NCBI RefSeq assembly: GCF_018977255.1
Contig: NW_024704742.1
Location: 74,092,001-74,156,000, forward strand
From: Callorhinchus milii
Lineage: Eukaryota
Length of the DNA: 64,000 nt
Direction of reading: 5' to 3'
Shown here: positions 53,166 to 64,000 of the stretch, piece by piece
Layout: each line of letters starts with the position of its first letter
How positions within the stretch are numbered: the stretch's first letter is position 1
Program-made: the position numbers and the translations under genes
Notes under the pieces: model-generated
Database searches by the model: none
What the model was told of the DNA's origin: nothing
The model's input: the letters and a program-made list of their open reading frames with translations, nothing else

Positions 53166-53360
53166 CAGTGGTGACCAACCTATGTGGCCCACAAGGTTGT
53201 CAGGAAACAGCCCAGAACATTCACATTAGTCTAGGTAAGTCTATGTTTCATCGGTAGTGTGTTTTCATCTTTTTCTTGATTGAATATTTCTTGATTTATG
53301 GCATAAATCAAGAAATATTTAATCAAAAAAATGTATTTTGTTGGCCGACCATAAAGGTGT
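53166..53360. mobile_element. Degenerate hAT-like MITE
   Basis: CAGTGGTGACCAACC end; its right part is homologous to the reverse complement of 25776-25850. Confidence 0.55.
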
Positions 53361-55344
53361 AGTCTACCTTCCCTTTCTGTCTTTTCCAGGCAATTGTAAA
53401 TACTCGTGTAATCTTTACTGGAGTATTTAGTAGTGACCAGTCCTATTGTGGATACGGAAGCAGTGCAGTTAATAGATCAAAGAAAATACAAATCGACATC
53501 AATACAACAAAAACAACTTCAATCAGAAATTATAATAGCACTCTAGTAGCATACTGTGCCAGTTCCTTCTCTACCAGATTGAAAGAATGAAGACCCTACC
53601 AGGTTGGTTATCTGTCTGAGCATTGTGTGGCAGCAGAAAAAGCCGACTTAAAACAGGAGGGCTGTACTTTGTGTAAGTACTGTGAAATGTTGGTTTAGCT
53701 ATGCCCTTGTTCTGAATTAAAATTTTAATTCTCTACTACAACAAATATGACTGGAAAATATTTATTTTGCTTTGCCTGCAAGGTTTTAAAAGATGTTACT
53801 GTAGTTTTGCCACTGGCCAGTAACAAGTGAAGAATGTCCCCTGACCCAACTGTACAGCGCCTTGGGACATCCTCCCAACGTGAAAGGCGCTCTATGAATG
53901 GAATCATCTTCTTCTTATTATCCCGTTTTCATTCATAACATGTTGAGTAGAATCATTTGAAAACCCCCTTTTTTCCCTAAGTTTTTAAAAGTAGAAATAA
54001 TCCTTGCATTTGATATAGTGTCTTATCACGTTATATCATTGAGATGTCTCAAAGTGCTTCACGATATTGTTGATTGACTTGTGTATTTTTGTGGGTGAAA
54101 GACGGCAGCCAGTTTGCACACATTATCCCACAAACATCCATGGAGTGAGTGAACAATTTTATTTGGGGGATTGATGGCCAGGACACCAGGAAAAACTTCT
54201 CTTCGAATAGTGCAATGGAATCTTTAACATCCACCTAAACCTGCAGTCAGGACCTCGGTTTAATGTCTAATCTGAAGGTTGGCACCTCCTTCAATGCAAG
54301 ATTTGATTCAGTGAGTCGTTGAAGTACACAGAGGACTGACGTCAGACTGATTCTGTCTGAATAATGTCATTGTTCGTCAAATCTTCTGAGTCACTGCTGA
54401 AGCTGCTAAAGTTCAATTCGAACAAAGTGATAAGATCACACCTCACGCATACAGACAGAACAAATATGGGGCAGAGTTCTGTATTTAAGCCCAAAACAAA
54501 ATTCAAGTATAATGATCTATTGTCAGCCAGCTCAGTTGAGCCTTGGAGCGTGACTAATGCTTGCAAAATGTCATAGGGTGTAACAGAAAAACTGCATCAA
54601 ACCTGCTTTTTCCATAAAGCATGTACTGTAACATTATCTGCACCACACCTATTCAGTTGCCCGAGGAAAGGTGCCACAGATTCCCCTTGCCATAAGAAGT
54701 AATCAAACAAAAATCTATTAAATCTTATAGCATACATAATTCATCTTATTAGCTGCTTTCTGACATATTCCTATCTTCCTACATCAGGAACTGAGTTCAT
54801 AAAATATTTGAAAATTAATTTGCACTTACAAATATAACTTCCCAACCAGGCATTTGTCCATTTTTAAATGGGTTTATCCTGACGGCTCTATTTTCATTGT
54901 GCTAAATGAATTAGAAAGGTTGGGATTACACAAACAACAGATTTATGTTTATATAGCATCTCTCCCGTCAGGAAGATGTCCAAGGCGCTGGGGCTAAGAG
55001 ACTGCCCTCTCAGTGATAGCTAGGTGTATGACTCATGCGGAAACCCATCACCATGCTCAAGAGTATCCAAACTAAGCTGAGATTTCTCTGCATCCCACCT
55101 ACACATGGAAATCCCAGAGATACATTGTTGGAATGGAATGTGTGCTCTCTCCCTCTGGATTACCTGATTCCGGAAAGTATTAGGCGCAGGTTGGCAAGAG
55201 CTCAGGCTTGGGGACCCCAGTGTGTGGGTTGGGGTACTGCTGGAGTCTAACCAGCTAAAACCACGTAGCTTGTCGTTGAAACAAAAACAGAGAGAACAAA
55301 GTTCTGACAGAGGGTCGTGGACCCGAAACATTGACTCACTTTCC

Positions 55345-56190
55345 ACAACTGGCACCGCCTTCCATCACCTCCGGAATATCGCCAGACTACGGCATTACCT
55401 CACCCCTCACGCGGCTGAAATCCTGGTTCATGCCTTTGTCACCTCAAGGCTGGACTATGGGAACTCTCTCCTCGTCGGCCTTCCCGCCACCTCCCTCCAC
55501 ACTGCAGGTCATTCAGAGCTCTGCAGCTCATGTACTGTCCCGCACCAGACACCGCGACCACATCACTCCCACCCTCGCTCGCCTCCACTGGCTCCCCATC
55601 CCCCAGAGGATTGATTTCAAGATCCTCATCCTCACCTACAAGGCCATTCACGGCCTTGCTCCCTCCTACCTCTCCAACCTACTATCTCCCTACCTACCTG
55701 CCCGTACCCTCCGTTCCTCTGGCTCCGGTCTGCTCCACATCCCCCGCCCCAACCGCCCTACCATCGGTGGCCGGGCCTTCAGCCTCTCAGCCCCTAGGCT
55801 CTGGAACGCCATCCCCCAGTGCCTTCGCCGCCTCCTCCCTTTCCTCCTTCAAGGCCGGTCTCAAAACCTTTCTCTTTGACCGAGCCTTCAGCTCCCCTCT
55901 CGACTCTCTACCCCCTCCTCGCTCCCTCCCTTCCCTCCCCTCACCCTGACCATTTCCCCCCTCCTCACTCCCTCCCTTCCCTCCCCTCACCCTGACCATT
56001 TCCCCCCTCCTCGCTCCCTCCCTTCCCTCCCCTCACCCTGACCATTTCCCCCCTCCTCGCTCCCTCCCTTCCCTCCCCTCACCCTGACCATTTCCCCCCT
56101 GCTCGGGTCATGACCCAACTGTGCAGCGCCTTGGGACGTTCTCCTGACGTGAAAGGCGCTTTATAAATGGAATCTTGTTGTTGTTGTTGT
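55345..56190 (+). mobile_element. Young L2 3' fragment nested in a Penelope-like element
   Basis: Near-identical to 18340-19045; four copies of an about 43-bp pyrimidine unit in its 3'UTR. Confidence 0.92.
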
Positions 56191-56557
56191 TTCTCCACAG
56201 ATGCTGCCTGACCTGTCGAGTGTTCCCAGCCCTCTCTGTTTTGGTTTCAGATTCCAGCATCTGCAGTGTTTTGTAGCTTGTCATTGATAACGCTTTCTGG
56301 CAAATTTTCCCGCTGCTTGTCCAGCTGGGACCACCCTATCCATTAAGGGCCTTGGTTGCTGCGTTAACAGGAGCTGAGTGGGTGACTCCCTGCCCCCAGT
56401 GACTGCTCTGCCCTTCGAGATCCTTGTGGTTGTTGTTGGAGGCCGTCACAGAGATCTGACTCCATTCCATTGCCAAACGGGTCACCTCAGAGCAGGTCAG
56501 CTCCGAGGACACCCCACGGACCTCCTCTCTCTCTCTCACTGATGAACCCTCCTCTCT

Positions 56558-61200
<4,643 letters not shown>

Positions 61201-61286
61201 TGTGTAACTGTTAGTGAGATAGTAAACCTCTCTGTGTGTGAACTCAGCTCAGAGAGTAACTGTGTGACTGAGAGGGAGTGACTGAC

Positions 61287-61530
61287 AAATAATAATAATC
61301 TTTGCATTTCATATTGTGCTTTTCACGTCTTCTCGACGTCTCAAAGCACTTCACAGAATACTCTGTAAAGTGAATTGTTTGTATATTTTGGGGCGAAAAG
61401 CAGCAGCCGATTGCACACAGCGGAGTCCCACAAACAGTCGTGGATTGAGTGACCAAATTATTATTTTTTGAAGAGATTATTCCCCTTGGAAAGTGTTCCA
61501 CCAAACAAATCCTACTTACTGCTTGGTAAG
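61287..61530 (-). mobile_element. SINE 3' part
   Basis: Family body and tail on the minus strand. Confidence 0.82.
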
Positions 61531-61616
61531 CAGAGGAGTGATCGAGAGCGCGTGAGATTGTGAGAAAGAGTGGGAGACTGTGTGAGAGGTGCGGAGGGCC
61601 CATCGGGACCCATTCT

Positions 61617-61941
61617 GGAGTCCTGTAGCTCAGTGGTTAGAGCACTCGCTTTGCAAGTGAGAGACCTGAGTTCAATTCCAGGCAGAGGGCGAAACCTTGG
61701 GCAAATTTCCTTACTCCACACAGAGCCTAATAATAATCCCTCCAAAAAAACAAAACATTAATAAATTGGTCATTTTCAATCTACGACTGTTTGTGGGACA
61801 TTGCTGTGCGCAATTGGCTGCCGCGTCCGCCCACAAATATACAGTCAGTTCACTTTACAGTGTGTTCTGAGAAGTGCTTTGGGACGTCCTCCTGACGTGA
61901 AAAGCGCTATATCAAATGCAAGGATTATTATTATTATTATT
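61617..61941 (+). mobile_element. tRNA-headed SINE, short subfamily, complete
   Basis: Intact A and B boxes, (TTA)n tail. Confidence 0.9.
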
Positions 61942-62678
61942 CTTGCTCGGCTCCCCGTCCCCCAGTGGATCAAGTTCGAAATCCTCCCTCTCAACTGCCT
62001 CCATGACATATTCCCTGTCTGATCCACCCACCATCGGGTGAGCTTTTAACCATTCTGTTTCCACTCTGGGACTCCATCCCGGAGTCCCTCCACTTCAGAC
62101 CTCCCTCTCCCTCCCTGCTTGCCTTCAAAACCCGCCTCAAGACCTATCTTTGGGACTCCACTTGCAACTCAGTACCCAGCCCAGTTGTGTATAGCACTTT
62201 GAAACACCTTCCGCCTGTGAACGGTGTTATATAAAATGTTAATTGCAATGGGAGTTTAAAGGGAATAAGATTTGTATTGTAGTTTGTGATAGGCGTACAA
62301 GTCTTGGAGCAGAATGAGTTTTGAGTCCCTATGCATTCAGGATAGAGTATTTAGGGATGGGCCAAATACTCGACTGTGGGGAAGAATGAGAATGACTAAT
62401 GGAAAACCACCATCCTGATAAGAGATGAAAGAAGAATATTTGCCATTGTGGGAGGAGAAAAAAAGTGCAAGTCATACAGAGGTCACCAAATGTATATCAA
62501 ATGCAAGGATTATTATTATTATTTATGAAATGTTTCCTTGTAATAATTTATAATGTATTGATTTGAATAAATTGTTTTGTACTTCAAGCACTATTAATTA
62601 ATTACTTTACTGTTCAATTTTGAAACGTATGATGCTTGGATAATTATAATTATTTGACTTTTCTTTTTTGATGCACAG

Positions 62679-62705
62679 GTGAATGTTGGATGTGTACCTA
62701 AAAAG
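62679..62705 (+). CDS. GSR: GSR exon 2 (27-bp micro-exon); gene continues beyond window
   Basis: gcacag|GTG AAT GTT GGA TGT GTA CCT AAA AAG|GTAAG = VNVGCVPKK, completing the CVNVGC redox disulfide motif. Confidence 0.95.
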
Positions 62706-63264
62706 GTAAGCTTATTGTTTTTTGAGGGGCTGGAGCCCTGGATCATTAGACTGCTATGAATGGCTAATTCATAATTATGAAATAGCTGATATAATGAAAT
62801 AATAGCTGATATTCAGTAATGAAATAGCTGATATATAGTGGAATGTGTCCTGGCACGTTTTCATTTTTGTGAGGAAGAATTGCCAAGAGGACTCGCCTTG
62901 CTGCTCACATAGCTTAGCGATAGCGAGCATTATATTTGGCAAGTACATGTATCTAGTTTCTCAATTCAGGCGTGGTGGAATTTGACCTGGGATGATACCG
63001 GGGTAAGTGATTTGACCTATAAGCAGGAACTGGAACTTTTGCCGTTGGAACAAAGAGGGTTGAGAGGTGACCTTTTTTTCTTAAACTCTACAGTTGATGA
63101 CCTACTCAGCCAGTTATAATCAAACATCATGTATCTGAAAATTTTGATTATTTTAAACTTACTATGCGAACAAGTGATGTAGAAATAGCCTCAGCATCAA
63201 TATTATTGGGGGAAAATTGTTTCACATTTTTATGAATAACAAAATGGGTCCTCCTGTTTTATGT

Positions 63265-63640
63265 GGAGTTCTGTAGCTTAGTGGTTAAAGCACTCGCTTC
63301 ACAAGCGAGAGGACCTGAATTTGATTCCCAGGTGGGACAAAACCTTAGGTAAGTTTCCTTACTCCTCACGCCTCTGCTTACTCAGCAGTAAGTAAGAACT
63401 TGGTTGTTAGTCGATTGGCAGATCGCTTTGCTGGGGGTAATAATTCCTTAAAAAAGGAAAAATTAAAAAAAATTGGCCAATCAATCCATGACTGTTGTGA
63501 GACACTGCTATGCATAATTGGCTGCTGCGTTTCGCCCACAAAATATAGTCAATTCACTATACAATATATTCTGTGAAGTGTGTTGAGATTTTTCAAAGAC
63601 TTCATAAGGCGCTGTAGCAAATGCAAGGATTATTATTGTT
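63265..63640 (+). mobile_element. tRNA-headed SINE, long subfamily
   Basis: Degenerate head, central segment and tail. Confidence 0.82.
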
Positions 63641-64000
63641 ATCATCCTGAAGGCCAAGGACAACCCCAGGCTCCTCTCCTCTACTCCACCACAAACCAGT
63701 TTCACACACCTTCCCTGACCATCCTCTCCTCCAACTCCTGTAGCTTAGTGGTTAGAGCACTCGCCTCACAAATGCTATTGGCCCTTGTGAATGGACCCCT
63801 CTGTCCCCACTTTCAAGTCCCTCCTAAAGACCTTTGATCATGCTTACAGTCACCTCCTCTCACCCTCTCCCCATGGCTCCCCATGTCAAGCACTCCGGGA
63901 TGCTCCCCTATGTGAAGGGCGCTATATAAATGCAAGTTGTTGTTGAACTGCAATGCATCCTGGTTACTCTGAGAACGGCAGATGAAAGCTGGTCAAAAAC

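Noticed and set aside
61617..61690. tRNA-Ala genes (also 12220-12292, 32894, 50670-50738, 63735)
   Set aside because: tRNA-derived SINE heads; most run directly into the SINE body, and no proper acceptor stem is seen.

Overview
Vertebrate genomic DNA, not microbial. The repeat landscape (L2/CR1 LINEs, tRNA-head and Deu-type SINEs, Penelope-like inverted elements) suggests a cartilaginous fish; that assignment is inference. Four spliced genes were reconstructed by hand with GT-AG junctions and consistent phase. They are: B4GALT1 exons 1-2 (minus; the rest lies left of the window), complete LEPROTL1 (minus, 4 exons, 131 aa), complete SARAF/TMEM66 (plus, 6 coding exons, 316 aa, head-to-head with LEPROTL1), and GSR exons 1-2 (plus). 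Most remaining sequence is transposable-element debris, often nested, including a decayed hAT/Charlie transposase interrupted by a CR1 and a 955-bp solo LTR with a 4-bp TSD. Large minisatellites abut the first exons of B4GALT1 and GSR. The most notable observations are: minimal hammerhead-ribozyme-like motifs in Penelope-like elements, a GC-box VNTR occupying the GSR promoter, a candidate in-frame alternative last exon of SARAF, a pre-miRNA-like intronic hairpin, and an unclassified repeat family. I found no clear evidence of an entirely new multi-gene system.
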